DNA of 64,000 bases from the NCBI RefSeq assembly GCF_018350175.1, contig NC_058368.1:139626001-139690000 (forward strand). The letters run 5' to 3'. Below are positions 1 to 12,780 of this stretch, in pieces; the stretch's first letter is position 1, and each line of letters begins with the position of its first letter. This DNA is from Felis catus (lineage: Eukaryota). Under the pieces are notes generated by a model that saw nothing but the letters and a program-made list of their open reading frames with translations, was not told the origin of the DNA and made no database searches. The position numbers were made by a program, and so were the translations under genes.

Positions 1-879
1 AACTACAGTAACTGGAATAAAATTTATTTATTAAAAAAACAACTTAAAAAAACCATTTTAACTCATCATGTTTACCAAGGAAAATAGCTATTTATTGCTA
101 AATCTGTGGGAAACACCACTCTTTAGCTTACTTGCTCCATTAGCAGCACTTCTCATGTTAATGATGATCTTGGAAGAGTTCTCTCTCCTTGGATTCCTAA
201 TTTCCCAATTCCTCTCTATCCAAGACTCCTCTTTGGACTCCCTTAAATGTGGGTGTTCCTCAGGGTTCTACCCTTGCTCTCCCCACAGCATTGGCCTCAG
301 TCATGTGATGATTCCTGAAATCCACAGCCTATCTATCCATTTCTCACCCAAGCATTAGATCTTTGTATCTAATAATACCTAAAACCTCCTCTGGTTAATG
401 TCTCAAAATTCGTATGCACCTCCAGTTCTCTTCATTCAATCACCACACTCTTTAATCCTAATTTTAAATATGTAAATTTATCGCTGGTGTCTGTTCCTAT
501 TACTGTATCTTAATCTAAGTTATCTTCAATTCTCACCTGCGAGCCTGAAGTCTTGGAAGCTGCCAGTCAATGGCTGTCAACTTCAATCCACTACTCTCAC
601 AGCAGGGAGCAAGAATGATTTTTCTAAAATGGTATATCTGAAAACTTTCACTTGCTTAAAACCCATTGCCTGAGGATATATAAGGATTCCTGTAGACCTT
701 GCAAGCCTGGCTTACTACTCCCTCCTCTCAATAGGCTCCACCCTCCGATAAGGTCTTTCAGTTTCCCTGTGAGCAAAATGCTTTTGTTTTTTTTTTTTTT
801 TTAAGTTTTCCTTTTCAGCCCCTACAAGCAAACATTCTTGCTATTCACCTGGTTAGTTTATACTCAGACTACTCATTCA

Positions 880-1256
880 TTTTTTTTTAAAATATAATTT
901 ACTGTCAAATTGGTTAACATATAGGGTGTACAGTGTGCTCTTGGTTTTGGGGGTAGATTCTCATGATTCATCGCTTACATACAACATCCAGTGCTCATCC
1001 CAACAAGTGCTCTCCTCAGTGCCCATCACCCATTTTCCCCTCTTCCCCACACCCCCATCAACCCTCAGTTTGTTCTCTGTATTTAAGAATTTCTTATGGT
1101 TTGCCTCCCTCCCTCTCTGTTTGTATCTATTTTTTCCCCTTCCCTTCCCCCATCGTCTTCTGTTAAGTTTCTCAAGTTCCACATATGAGTGAAAACATAT
1201 GAGATGTGTCTTTCTCTGAATGACTTATTTCACTTAGCATAATACCCTCCAGTTCC
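880..1256 (-). mobile_element. Carnivore/felid L1 3' end, 5'-truncated
   Basis: Poly-T then L1 3'UTR (CAGTGCTCATCCCAACAAGTGC...GACTTATTTCACTTAGCATAATACCCTCCAGTTCC); flanks ACTCATTCAT / TCTCATTCTT resemble a TSD. Confidence 0.85.
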
Positions 1257-1267
1257 GTCTCATTCTT

Positions 1268-1478
1268 TTTTTTTCCTTTTTTTTTAATGTTTATTTATTG
1301 TTGAAAGACAGAACACGAGCAGTGGAGGGCCAGAGAGAGAAGGACACAGAATCTGAAGCAGGCTCCAGGCTCTGAGCTGTCAGCACAGAGCCTGACGTGG
1401 GGCATGAACCCATGAGCTGTGAGATCAGGACCTGAGTGGAATTTGGATGCTCAAGCGACTGAACCACCCAGGTGCCCC
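1268..1478 (-). mobile_element. Can-SINE
   Basis: tRNA-derived head, A tail; 17-bp TSD AGTTCCGTCTCATTCTT at 1251-1267 and 1480-1496. Confidence 0.93.
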
Positions 1479-1691
1479 TAGTTCCGTCTCATTCTTAAGA
1501 TTTCAGCTAAGATGCTGGGAAGCCACCCTGACTCAAAAACCTCTCGGTGCTAACAGTGTTAAACTCACCTGTTAAATAGCCTGTTTTCCCATTAGGTACT
1601 CGGGCAGGATCCTGTATATCCATGCCTAGTACAGTGTCTTGCATACATAGTATATCTTAAGGAATGAATTTAAGATTATAACGTAATTTCT

Positions 1692-1908
1692 GGGGATGCC
1701 TGGGTGGCTCAGTTGGTTAAGCACCCGACTGCAGCTCAGGCCATGATCTCGCAGTCTGTGAGTTCAAGCCCCGCATTGGGCTCTGTGCTGAAAGTTTGGA
1801 GCCTGGAGCCTGGAGCCTGCTTCGGATTCTGTGTCTGTCTCTGTCTCTGCCCCTCCCTTACTCGCACTCTGTCTCAGTCTCTCAAAAATAAAAATTAAAA
1901 AAAAAAAA
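1692..1908 (+). mobile_element. Can-SINE
   Basis: GGGGATGCCTGGGTGGCTCAG head, (CT)n, A tail. Confidence 0.92.
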
Positions 1909-1918
1909 TCACTTTTAT

Positions 1919-2470
1919 TATGATAGAAGAAGATAAGATTCAGTAGGTTGAGAGGGAAAGATTAGGGCCTGAGGTCCCTGGGTAGAGAAAAACACATATT
2001 TTGGAACAATGCTGGGAGTGTCTGACCACAACAAACCCCCTCAGGAGTAAGGTTCCTCTTAAGAATGTAACAGACCCCACCTACTCCCTTTCAGGTTTTC
2101 CTCAGAAATTTGACAAAAGACCTAAGTATGGCCGTAGACCACTCAATTCAATGAAAAGGAGCCAACACCTACAGAATAACCCCAGAACCTAGAGTGATCA
2201 AGCCCATAAGGGTAGAACCTGAGAAGGAACAAGGGGGAAGGGATGAGGGAAAGCTGACCAGAACTTTACAGAACAAGGGCCCTTCTCTACGGTCCTTGCA
2301 TTCACTTCCAAATGTTCCTTCTCTGTAAAGAGAACTTTCCTACTATTCTTCTTTTCTAATCTTATACTCTAATAAACTTTTGCCTACTGCTCATTTTGTG
2401 TCCAAGTCTTCATTCTTCAAAGCAGTGCGACAATGAATCCCGGGTATTGTGGTAAAAAAATCCTGCAACA
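1919..2470 (+). mobile_element. Solo LTR, probably ERV1 class
   Basis: About 550 bp, AATAAA at 2371, U5-like end ...CCTGCAACA, 4-bp TTAT on both sides (1915-1918, 2471-2474); 5' end reads TA rather than TG. Confidence 0.7.
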
Positions 2471-2524
2471 TTATGATAGATATGACCTATATTTTCCTCC
2501 TTCTAAAATCAAAATATAACTTCA

Positions 2525-2620
<96 letters not shown>

Positions 2621-3209
2621 CTAAAAAAAAAAAAAAAAAGCAAGTGAAAAATTACATCTGAAGTGGAATTTTCTCTGCATTTCACTGAAATTTTACAATT
2701 TGGCTAAACAACAGTAATAAAAAGAAACATCCCACTCCTGTGAAAAATGAGCATTGTTTTGTCCAAGAAAACACTTTTCTTTGAGATATACTTTACACAC
2801 AAACCACCATTTAAATTACCACTAAGAATTACCTTATAGGTGGGCTATATATTTAGGTGTATTAAGTAACTGTCAAAGTGCCTATGCTTAAAAAAAAAGA
2901 AAAAAGATAAAATTAACACTAGAAATGCCTACAATATATTTATGTGTTTGTTTCCCACCAGTAAAGGTGTATTTATTTTGCTTTAAAGAAAGAAAGCAAT
3001 GGATGTGAAGAAAATAATCAACAGGCGAAATCAATGAATGCTAAAATATACTCTAAGAAAGATGAATGTCTAGTACTTTTCTCACTGTTGGTTAAAACTA
3101 TTTTAGAGCTGAAAAAGAGCTTAGATTTCTACTTTGACCCTCATCTTTAATCTATAGCCTTATGGGGTTAAAAGATCCAAAGTCAACACACAAAAAAAAG
3201 GCTGGCCCT

Positions 3210-3440
3210 GGGGCACCTGGGTGGCTCAGTCAAAAGAGTGAGAGTAATGATTTCAGCTCAGGTCACGATCTCAGCTTCCTAAGATCCAGATCTGAGATCT
3301 AGCCTCGCCATGGGCTTCCCCAGCTCAGAGCTGACAGTGCTGGGCCTGCTTGGGATTTTCTCTCCTCTCTCTGCCGCTCTCCTGTTAGCACTCTCTCTCT
3401 CAAAATAAATAAATAAATAAATAAATAAATATTTTTTAAA
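3210..3440 (+). mobile_element. Can-SINE
   Basis: GGGGCACCTGGGTGGCTCAG head, (TAAA)n tail, TSD GGCTGGCCCT. Confidence 0.9.
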
Positions 3441-3719
3441 AAGGGCTGGCCCTGGCACTACCAATCTCAAACTTCTTTCTACACCAAATGTACTGCCCTG
3501 GTCAAATCTGATAACTTAAGTCTAACAAGCTTATAAGGAACGTGTATTTATTCTCTTTATTCCCTTCCCTTACCTCAAATCCTTAAGGGCTAAGTTAAAG
3601 TCCACAGGAACACACACAAAGCTAACTACGTCCAAATATCCTATCTGCATTAAAGCTTGTACAAATCAGTTAATTGTTCATTGGACTTAAAGACTAATTT
3701 TTGCACACTCAAGAGAAAG

Positions 3720-4375
3720 CAGGTATATAGACCCACCAGAATGGCTAAAATTTAAAAAGAAAACAAATTCCCACAATAACTTGACAATAACAAGTGTTAC
3801 TAAGAGTAAAGAGGCAAGTGAATTCTCATCTATTGCTGATAGAAGTATAAAGTGACATGACCACTTTGGAAAACTGTTTGCCAATATCCACCACAGCTAG
3901 CATATACCCCATGAACCAACGATTCTACTCCTAGGTATATGCCCAAGAGAAATGAGTGAATATGCTCCAAAAGCTATGTACAAGAAAGCTCATAGCAGCT
4001 TTATTCAAAATAGCTAAAATATAAAAACCAAAGGAAAAACTGATAAGCAAACTGAAGTCATACAATGAAATACAACAATAAAAAAGAATAAACTACCATT
4101 AAATGTAACAATACAAATAAATCTCACGGTCAATGTTGAGGGAAAAAACAGCCAGACACAAGAGTGTATACGTATACGGTCACCTCTTGAGATGGTGGTA
4201 TGGTATGGACCAGGAAAAGGCATGCAGGAACCTTCTGGGGTACTATAAAAATTCTTTATCTTAATCTGAGTGGCAGTTATAGAGGTGTATACATATGCAT
4301 AAAAATCGTCACACGGGACACTTAAGACTGGCACACCTTACCATACTTATGCTATACCTAAATTTTAAAAACTGA
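3720..4375 (+). mobile_element. Old L1M(E-like) 3' region
   Basis: ACCAGAATGGCTAAAAT...CCACTTTGGAAAAC...CTCCTAGGTATATGCCCAAGAGAAATG motifs. Confidence 0.75.
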
Positions 4376-4994
4376 ACACAACAAAAACATACAGCACAAT
4401 AATAATATTCAAAGGACTTAAGGGAAAATGAAAAACCACATGAAATTACATATGAGAGCCTATTAATGTAAGCAAACATCTTCAGTGAATTGATTTTCTC
4501 TTACTAATACTGTTAATAAGTAAAATTGTTTAATCTTAGAATTTCTGGTCTTCTTAGACATGACTAGCTAACAATTCAGTATATGTCTTCTGTAATAGAA
4601 AGGATTATTATAGGTAACCAAGAAAAATAACCACTAAATATTAATTTTCTATTACTCAGCTGAAAAAATAATAGAACTGACATTAGAAACAGTATAAACA
4701 ATACTGCTATCAAATACCTGTTATTATATCACCTATTACCTATTTAATTGCTCTCAATAGATTAAGCTCTTTGAGGGACAATTTCCTGCTCATTGCTGTT
4801 TTCCCATTTCTAGCTTAGAGCTAGCACATTGGAAGCGTACAAATACTTTTTGAAGGAAACAGAAATTTCACTTAAATCATATTAAATTACCACTGTACTT
4901 TCCTTCCCAATTATACGAATTACTTAAAAGACCTATTTGTTGATAAACTAGTCTCTCCACTCAAGAACTTTCTATTTCTTATAGAATGTGTTTT

Positions 4995-5130
4995 ATACAT
5001 ATATAAATATATACATATATACTTATATGCATATATACACACATGTATGTACACTACACATATACACGTATCTATATACATATCTATATCTATATACACG
5101 TAAGTATACACACACATACATACTGTGTAT
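4995..5130. repeat. (TA/CA)n low-complexity tract
   Basis: Degenerate ATAT/ACAC run. Confidence 0.85.
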
Positions 5131-5174
5131 CACACCCACATTCTTACATTTCACATAAAATGTAACTGAGATCC

Positions 5175-6664
5175 AAAAAGAAAAAGGAAAGGACCCAAAT
5201 AAATAAAATCAAGAATGAAAGAGGAGAGATCACAAACAACACAGCAGAAATAAAAACAATAAGAGAATATTATGAGCAATTATATGCCAATAAAATGGGA
5301 AATCTGGAAGAAATGGACAAATTCCTAGAAATATATAAACTGTCAAAACTGAAACAGGAAGAAATAGAAAATATGAACAGACACATAACCAGTAAAGAAA
5401 TTGAATTAGTAATCAAAAATCTCCCAAGAAACAAGAGTCCAGGGCCAGATGGCTTTCCAGGGGAATCCTACCAAACATTTAAGGAAGAGTTAACACCTAA
5501 TCTCTTGAAGTTGTTCCAAAAAATAGAAATGGAAGGAAAACTCCCAAGCTCTTTCTATGAAGCCAGCATTACCTTGATGCCAAAACCAGACAGAGACCCC
5601 ACAAGAACTATAGACCAATTTTCCTGATGAACATGGATGCAAAAATCCTCAACAAGATATCAGCCAACTGGTTCCAACAATACATTAAAAAAATTATTCA
5701 CCACAATCAAGTGGGATTTATACCTGGGATGCAGGCCTGGTTCAATATCTGCAAAATAATCAATGTGATTCATCACATCAATAAAAGAAAGGACAAGAAC
5801 CATATGATCCTCTCAACAGATGCAGAGAAAGCATTGGACAAAATACAGCATCGTTTCTTGATAAAAACCCTCAAGAAAGTAGGGATAGAAGGAGCATATC
5901 TCAAGATCATTAAAACCATATACAAAAGACCCAATGCTAATATCATCCTCAATGGAGAAAAACAGAGCTTTCCCCTTAAGGTAAGGAACAAGACAGGGAT
6001 GTCCACTCTCGCCACTGTTATTCAACATAGTATTGGAAGTCTTAGCCTCTGCAATCAGACAACACAAAGAAATAAAAGGCATCCAAATCAGCCAGGAGGA
6101 GGTCAAACTTTCACTCCTCACAGATGACATGATACTCCATACAGAAAACCCAAAAGATTCCACCAAAAAACTGCTAAAACTGATCCATGAATTCAGCAAA
6201 GTTGCAGGATATAAAATCAATACACAGAAATCGGTTGCATTCCTATATACCAACAATGAAGCAAAATAAAGACAAATCAAGGCATCGATCCCACTTACAA
6301 TTGCATGAAAAACCATAAAATACCTAGGAATAAATCTAACCAAAGAGGTGAAAAATCTATACACTGAAGACTATAGAAACCTTATGAAAGAAATGGAAGA
6401 AGACACAAAAAAAATGGAAAAAGCTTCCATGCTCCTGGATAGGAAGAATACTGTTAAAATGTCAATACTACCCAAAGCAATCTACATATTCAATGCAATC
6501 CCTATCAAAATAACACCAGCATTCTTCACAGAGCTAGAACAAATAATCCTAAAATTTGTCTGAAACCAGAAAAGACACTGAATAGCCAAAGCGATCTTGA
6601 AAAAGAAAACCAAAGCAGGAGGCATCACAATCCCGGCCTTCAAACTGTACTACAAAGCTGTAAT
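5175..6664 (+). mobile_element. L1 ORF2 internal fragment (Z and reverse transcriptase domains), disabled
   Basis: ORFs 5295-5627, 5627-6127, 6033-6269, 6348-6563 give [44 protein letters not shown] (FADD mutated); frameshifts and stops. Confidence 0.95.
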
Positions 6665-6725
6665 GTTTATTTATTTTTGAGAGAGAGAGTGGGAGAGAAC
6701 AGGGCGGGGGGTGGGGACAGAGATT
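6661..6725 (-). mobile_element. Can-SINE tail-side fragment fused to the L1
   Basis: TAATGTTTATTTATTTTTGAGAGAGAGAG...; no head. Confidence 0.7.
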
Positions 6726-7459
6726 TCTGCACAAAGTCAGATTTTGACTACTGTCTGGCCTAGTATTCAGAGCTGAAATATAACATAGAGTAAAATTCTT
6801 CCAACTGCTACTTAGAATTTCTGGACCAGTCTCTGTACCTCAGCTCCTTCTTTAAATGATGGCATTAGACTAGAACTAAATCTTCTAAGATATGTTAGAG
6901 TTGTTAACATTTTATTGTTTTACTGATGTTGAATTCTAAATAGAAGTTTTCCTACTAAACAAATTCACTGAGCCAAAGGTGACATTAGGAACTAAAGACT
7001 CATACTGTAATGCTATTATGAATGCTAAAGTTTAAGCAAAGGTGGAAACAGGCGAATATGAGGCAAATGTTCAATGAACAACGTAATATATGTTAAATAA
7101 TAGCACAATGACCCTGGAAGTATACACAGCTATGAACACAGTAAGCTAGTGTTTAACTTCATAAACTGGTGTTTAAGAACTTAAATACAGCTGCACGTAT
7201 TTCACAATTAAGCTAGGTAATGTTAAATGGCTTATCACTTCTATTCCAAGGCATTTCTATTACTACAAAATTTTTTATATTAAAATCCTACCAAGAATTT
7301 ATGTTGTATGTAACCAAATACATAACTGGTGAATCTCATTAGGAAAATGAGTTTAAGATGCCCACAAAATTTCAGAAGAGTAGTATCCCCTGCTACTTCT
7401 ATCAATCCCAATAGATTTTTCCCTAAGAAATTGCTATAAAGCTGAATCAAATTGGATCA

Positions 7460-7663
<204 letters not shown>

Positions 7664-8264
7664 CTATTCACTGAACACCTTTGTAATGAAGAAACAAGTC
7701 TTCATCAAAATGTAAAACTAAAAAATGTTTAAAAACCCAGTAAGTCAGAGAAGGCTCTTGGATTCTAATTCTCCTCTTGATGGCCAACATTTAAAAATTT
7801 CCATCCATACTCTACAAGCAAAGAAGCTTGTGGCAGCATATGTACTTTCATAGCTTTTTTTCTGGATGTTGTTTCATGAAATCTATTTGCTGTACTACAC
7901 CCAGTGAACAAAGTGGTAGGAGGAATACTTTACCAATAATACTCTGACATCTTAAAGTGGGACGAAACTATGGCAAGAACTACCTTACATTTTGAGAGAC
8001 CTAAAATTTAAAAAATACCTAAAGATAAACCATACAGAATTGAATAAGGTATGTAAAATTAAAATAAATGTCCAAAATTAAGTCTGAGACCAATGCACAT
8101 GTTAAATGGCTCTTATGTTTATATTTTATAATTTTAACTCAGAGTTAGTCTTTGAATTAAATGAAAACTCTTACAACTCACAAGATGCAAGCAAGAGAGC
8201 ATAATATCTTATACCATTAACTAATAAAAAACCACTCCAAGAGAACTCCTTAAGAGAAATAATG

Positions 8265-9185
8265 ATACTTTCAACTTTAAAAACTCCTATATAGATATGA
8301 CTTAGCAAAGGTGTAATCCACAAAAGAAGTAATAAAATGAACTTCATCAAAATTTAAAATTTCTGCTCTTGAAAGTACTGTTAAAAGAATGAAAGTTGTA
8401 GTTATGCAGAATGAATAAGTGTAAAGGTCTAATGTATGGCAAGAGGACTATAGTTAATAACACTGTAAATTTGCTAAGATAGATTTATCAACTTTGATAT
8501 CTTTTCAAAGAACCAATTTATAGTTGGATTGTATTGTGTTTTGAGTCTCTTCTTTTATAATAAAGGTGTTTCAGCTATAAATTTCCCTCTAAGCACAGCT
8601 TTAGTTGCAGTCCATCAGTTTTGGTATATTGTATTTTTGCTTTCATTCATCTCACAGTAATTTCTAATTTCCTTTCTGATTTTGTCTTTAATCCACTGGT
8701 TATATGTGAGGGTGTTAATGTCCACGTATTTGTGAATACCCTAAATTTCTGTCACTGATTTTTAATTTTATTCCATTGTGGTTAGAGGACATACTTTGTA
8801 TGATTTCAATCCTTTTAAATTAATTGACGCTGGTTTATGGTCTCTCCTGAAGAATGTTACATATACTATTCTCCTATTGTTAAGGATATTGGTAAGAATA
8901 TATATTCTCCTATTGTTAAGTGGAGAGTTCCATAGATGTCTACCAGGTCTGTTTGTTTTTATAAGTATTTTATTTCCTTGGTGTTCTTCCTACTTGTTGT
9001 ATCCATTATTGAAAGCTGGATAGTCAAGTCTCAAACTATTACAATTCAATTGTCTTTTTTTTCCTCTTCAATTTATTCAGTTTTTGCTCCATGCATTCTG
9101 TTATTATATACAACTACATGTATAATTGTTATGCCTTTTTGATGAATTGACACTATTATCATAAAGTCTCCCCTTTTGACTCTAG
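8265..9185. mobile_element. Old L1M fragments (plus about 8265-8485, minus about 8490-9185)
   Basis: ACTTCATCAAAATTTAAAATTTCTGCTC then CTATAAATTTCCCTCTAAGCACAGCTTTAG. Confidence 0.7.
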
Positions 9186-9292
9186 AAATATAAATTAAGA
9201 AAAGGATGCACAGAACATAACAAGAAAACTTACATTAGAGGTAAATATTGTTCACAAAAGGTTGAGGAAACAGTCCTTACATCATGATTTAG

Positions 9293-9356
9293 AACCGTGA
9301 GATCATGACCTGAGTTGAAGTTGGATGCTTAACTGACTAAGCTACCCAAGCGCCCC
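9293..9356 (-). mobile_element. Can-SINE head-only fragment
   Basis: GAGATCATGACCTGAG...CCCAAGCGCCCC. Confidence 0.8.
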
Positions 9357-9589
9357 AGGAAGGTGTTTTCATATCCAAAAATTCCTCCTCTAGTCTAATA
9401 TTCAAATTACCTTTAAGTGTCTTTATTATCATCTTAGAACCTGTGGAAGTTTTATTCTAATCTTCACATCTCACCCTCAATCCTATTCTTGGAATACATA
9501 CAATTTATTATCAGGTCGGTATACTAGTTCTAAATTTTTAAAAATCTTAACATATTCACTAATCACAATAGGTAATCTTGACCAAATCT

Positions 9590-9793
9590 TTTTTAAAGTT
9601 TATTTATGTTTTAAAAAGAGAGCGTGCATGTGCATGAGTGGGGAAGGGGCAGAGAGGGAGAGAGAATCCTAAGCAGGCTCCATACTGACAGCACAGAGCC
9701 AGATGTGGGGCTTGATCCTATGGCTGTGAGATCATGATCTGGGCCAAAATCAAGAGTTGGGACCCTTAATCGACTGAGCCACCCAGGAGCCCC
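9590..9793 (-). mobile_element. Can-SINE
   Basis: Full element; TSD GACCAAA(T/G)CTTT. Confidence 0.9.
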
Positions 9794-10110
9794 TAGACCA
9801 AAGCTTTAATGATGGCTCTAATGGTAAAATTTGTTACAATGACCACTCCCAAGAATCAAGTATCATTTCTCCCTTTTCTGATGTTGGCTGCATCTAGCAC
9901 TAAGAGCCTGTCTTTTTTGAGAGATGACTGACACCCTAATCCCATGCTATGATCAAGTAGTACCAGATTTAAAGACTACATGTTCTATTCACTTTACCAG
10001 ATTATATAGAAAACTTCTAACTCATTTCTAACTCTAACAGAAAGTTACTTTCCATCTATGGTAATTAACAAGAGTTACTTTGCATCAACAGTAAGAAAGG
10101 AATTATTCTG

Positions 10111-10362
10111 TTTAATTTTAAAGTTTTTATTTATTTATTTTTTTGGGGGGTGGAGAAAGTGAAGAGAGCACGAACACAAGTGGGAGAGGGGCAGAGGGAG
10201 AGGGAGAGAGTGGGGTGGGGGCAGAGAATCCCAAGCAACCTCCACACTGTTAGCACGGAGCCCAATGTGGCAATGTGGGGCTTGAACCCATGAACCATGA
10301 GATCTGGACTGAGCTGAAATCAAGAGTCCGTTGCTTAACCGACTAAGCCACCCAGGTGCCCC
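10111..10362 (-). mobile_element. Can-SINE (first of a tandem pair)
   Basis: Full element. Confidence 0.9.
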
Positions 10363-10379
10363 AAGAAAGCAATTATCTT

Positions 10380-10460
10380 ATTTTATTTTAATGTTCTTTT
10401 AATTTATTTTAAAAAGAGAGAATGAATGAATTTTTATTTATTTTAAAATAAGAGAGAGAT

Positions 10461-10516
<56 letters not shown>

Positions 10517-10688
10517 TGAATGAATAAATAAATGGGGGACCGGCAGAGAGGAAGACACAGAATCTGAAGCAGGCTCCAGGCTCAGAGCTGCCAGCACAGA
10601 GCCCCACGTGGGGCTTAAACTCATGAACCGCAACATCATGACCTGAGCCAAAGTTGGACACTTAATCAACTGAGCCACCCAGGCACCC
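10380..10688 (-). mobile_element. Can-SINE with expanded (GA)n microsatellite at about 10452-10512
   Basis: Full element. Confidence 0.9.
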
Positions 10689-11552
10689 TGAAAAGAATTA
10701 TTTTAAACAGTGCATTCCACAAGTGTACTTCAAACATGACTCATGATTTAAAAAATTATGTAAACATCTTGTAGGGTATTTCTCTAAATGACTCTAATAA
10801 CTTTGCCTTCTGTTGCTTGGTTTCAAGTCTCCAGAAAAAGAGATTGGAGGCTTTCCTCAAATGTCTGGAAATCTGACTATCTGTTCACATTTAAGAGTAA
10901 GTTACTAGAAGCTCTGTAAGCATTAGCAGGCTTTTAAACCCAGTGGACTTCATTTAAGGGTGATCTGGTAGTGAGACAGCTTCTTCATGGTAGATGTAGA
11001 AAATCTCTATAGGTCCCTTCCTTGTGGTCATTCAGCATCTAGAGTTATGTTCTATTTTTGTATCAGAAAATATACATCTGGTTGATGGGTATTCTGGAAA
11101 CAGGGTAAAAGAAGGGAGCTTCAGTACACAGACTTTCATTTCGTGCCTGATCACCAGAGTTCTTGGAGATAAAAAGAACAATGAGGTTGCTAAATTTCAA
11201 TACTCAGTTTGTAAATTTCTGCATAATCACTTTATTGATTGATGATAGGCCAATACACCTATCTTTTGCTGTGCCAGGTATTCCAGAATCTAGAACCGTC
11301 CATTTCAATTTCTATAGAAAATAAATTTCTATTCTATTCTGGGGAGTGTAGGTCGGGGAACTGACTAGGCTGGAAGATTGGACTTGCGAGTTTTACAAAT
11401 TAACAATTTTCCCAATGTCCAAACAAAATCTTTTTTCCATTAAAGCAGATTATTTATTGTGAAATTAAAATATAACTTAAAATAATCTTCCCCAAATAAC
11501 CCTCTAATTTAATAAAGATAAGTCTAGATGGCTCAGTAAGGTGCAACATTTC

Positions 11553-11580
11553 AGTCCCAAGTCCCAAGTCCCAAGTCCCA
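11553..11580. repeat. (AGTCCCA)4 perfect tandem repeat
   Basis: Direct reading. Confidence 0.9.
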
Positions 11581-12675
11581 AGGATAGATAACCGTGTAGT
11601 AAGAAGCTAGTATTTCACAAGACTGAGGGGAGGGCAGGTCATAAGCAGGAAGAAAGCTATGATGAAACTAAGAAACAGGAAGAGCCAAAAAGGAAAAAGT
11701 AGGGGGAGAGAAGTATCAGATTTTAGTATCAATAATAGAATATTCCACTGTGATCTACGAAAAAGAAAATTAATTCCATGCATACGACAGTTTGAAAAAT
11801 TATTTGAAAACAGTCCACAAATTATACCTCACATTCTTTCACAACATTAGCAAAAATAAGCTTAATTAGATTAACTTATTTTTTCACAATGTCTTATTTT
11901 TGTAACTTAAAAATTTTTTTACAAATCTAATCCAGCTTTTTTGTAGGATATTTCAAAAGAAGAGTACTGACTATGGATCACAGGTTTCTGGATTTGTTTT
12001 TTTGTTTTTTCAGGTTTAAGATTCCTCATGTAAATGATACCATGCAGTATTTGTCTTTGGCTTATTTCTCTTACATTAGGCCCTCGAGCTTCATCCATGT
12101 TGGTGCAAACCGTAGGTTTCTAATGAACAATTCAGAATTCCATCTAATAAGTTAGCCATTATAAATACAGCAAAAATAAATGGGTATATGAAATAAACCA
12201 CCTTGCTCCTGTGTCTATAAACAAATACGTGGTGAAATCAGAGCTATTTTTAATAACTTACATTTAATAACACTGATTATATACTTTTTAATACCAGTTT
12301 ATTAAGTGGAGACAGAAAAGTATGTTGAACAGAGAGAATATACTTTAAATAAACATTCAAGTTATATTATAATGCTTCCCCTCCAAGAAATAAACTTTGA
12401 GTTCTAGAAACTGATTTTATAAAATACTGCTGAAATAAGCAGGTCAATGTCTGGAATTTAGAATGAGTCTTTGTTAGATAATGAGCTGCCATTATTATTT
12501 AATGTCACAATGTGTATTTTACTCATATGTCTTTTCCTGGAAGAAACTTTCACTTTCCAGTAATTACACTGCTTTTTAAAAACTACTCAATTAGATAATT
12601 ATTCTTGTTATATACTTAGTTATTATATAACTTTAGAAAGTACACTTAATCCAGCCAACCGGAAAAAATATACTA

Positions 12676-12780
<105 letters not shown>

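Noticed and set aside
1692..1765. tRNA gene (A/B box-like sequence)
   Set aside because: tRNA-derived head of a Can-SINE
5295..6563. Reverse transcriptase ORFs as a novel RT or retron-like system
   Set aside because: Ordinary L1 ORF2 sequence with frameshifts, stops and a mutated catalytic FADD motif
7984..8000. Possible 17-nt microexon (tag|GTCTCTCAAAATGTAAG|gtagtt)
   Set aside because: Weak donor, frameshifting, no supporting evidence
8865..8920. Duplicated TATTCTCCTATTGTTAAG (similar local duplications at about 33550-33597 and 63436-63497)
   Set aside because: Short local duplications, mostly within decayed repeats; no sign of function
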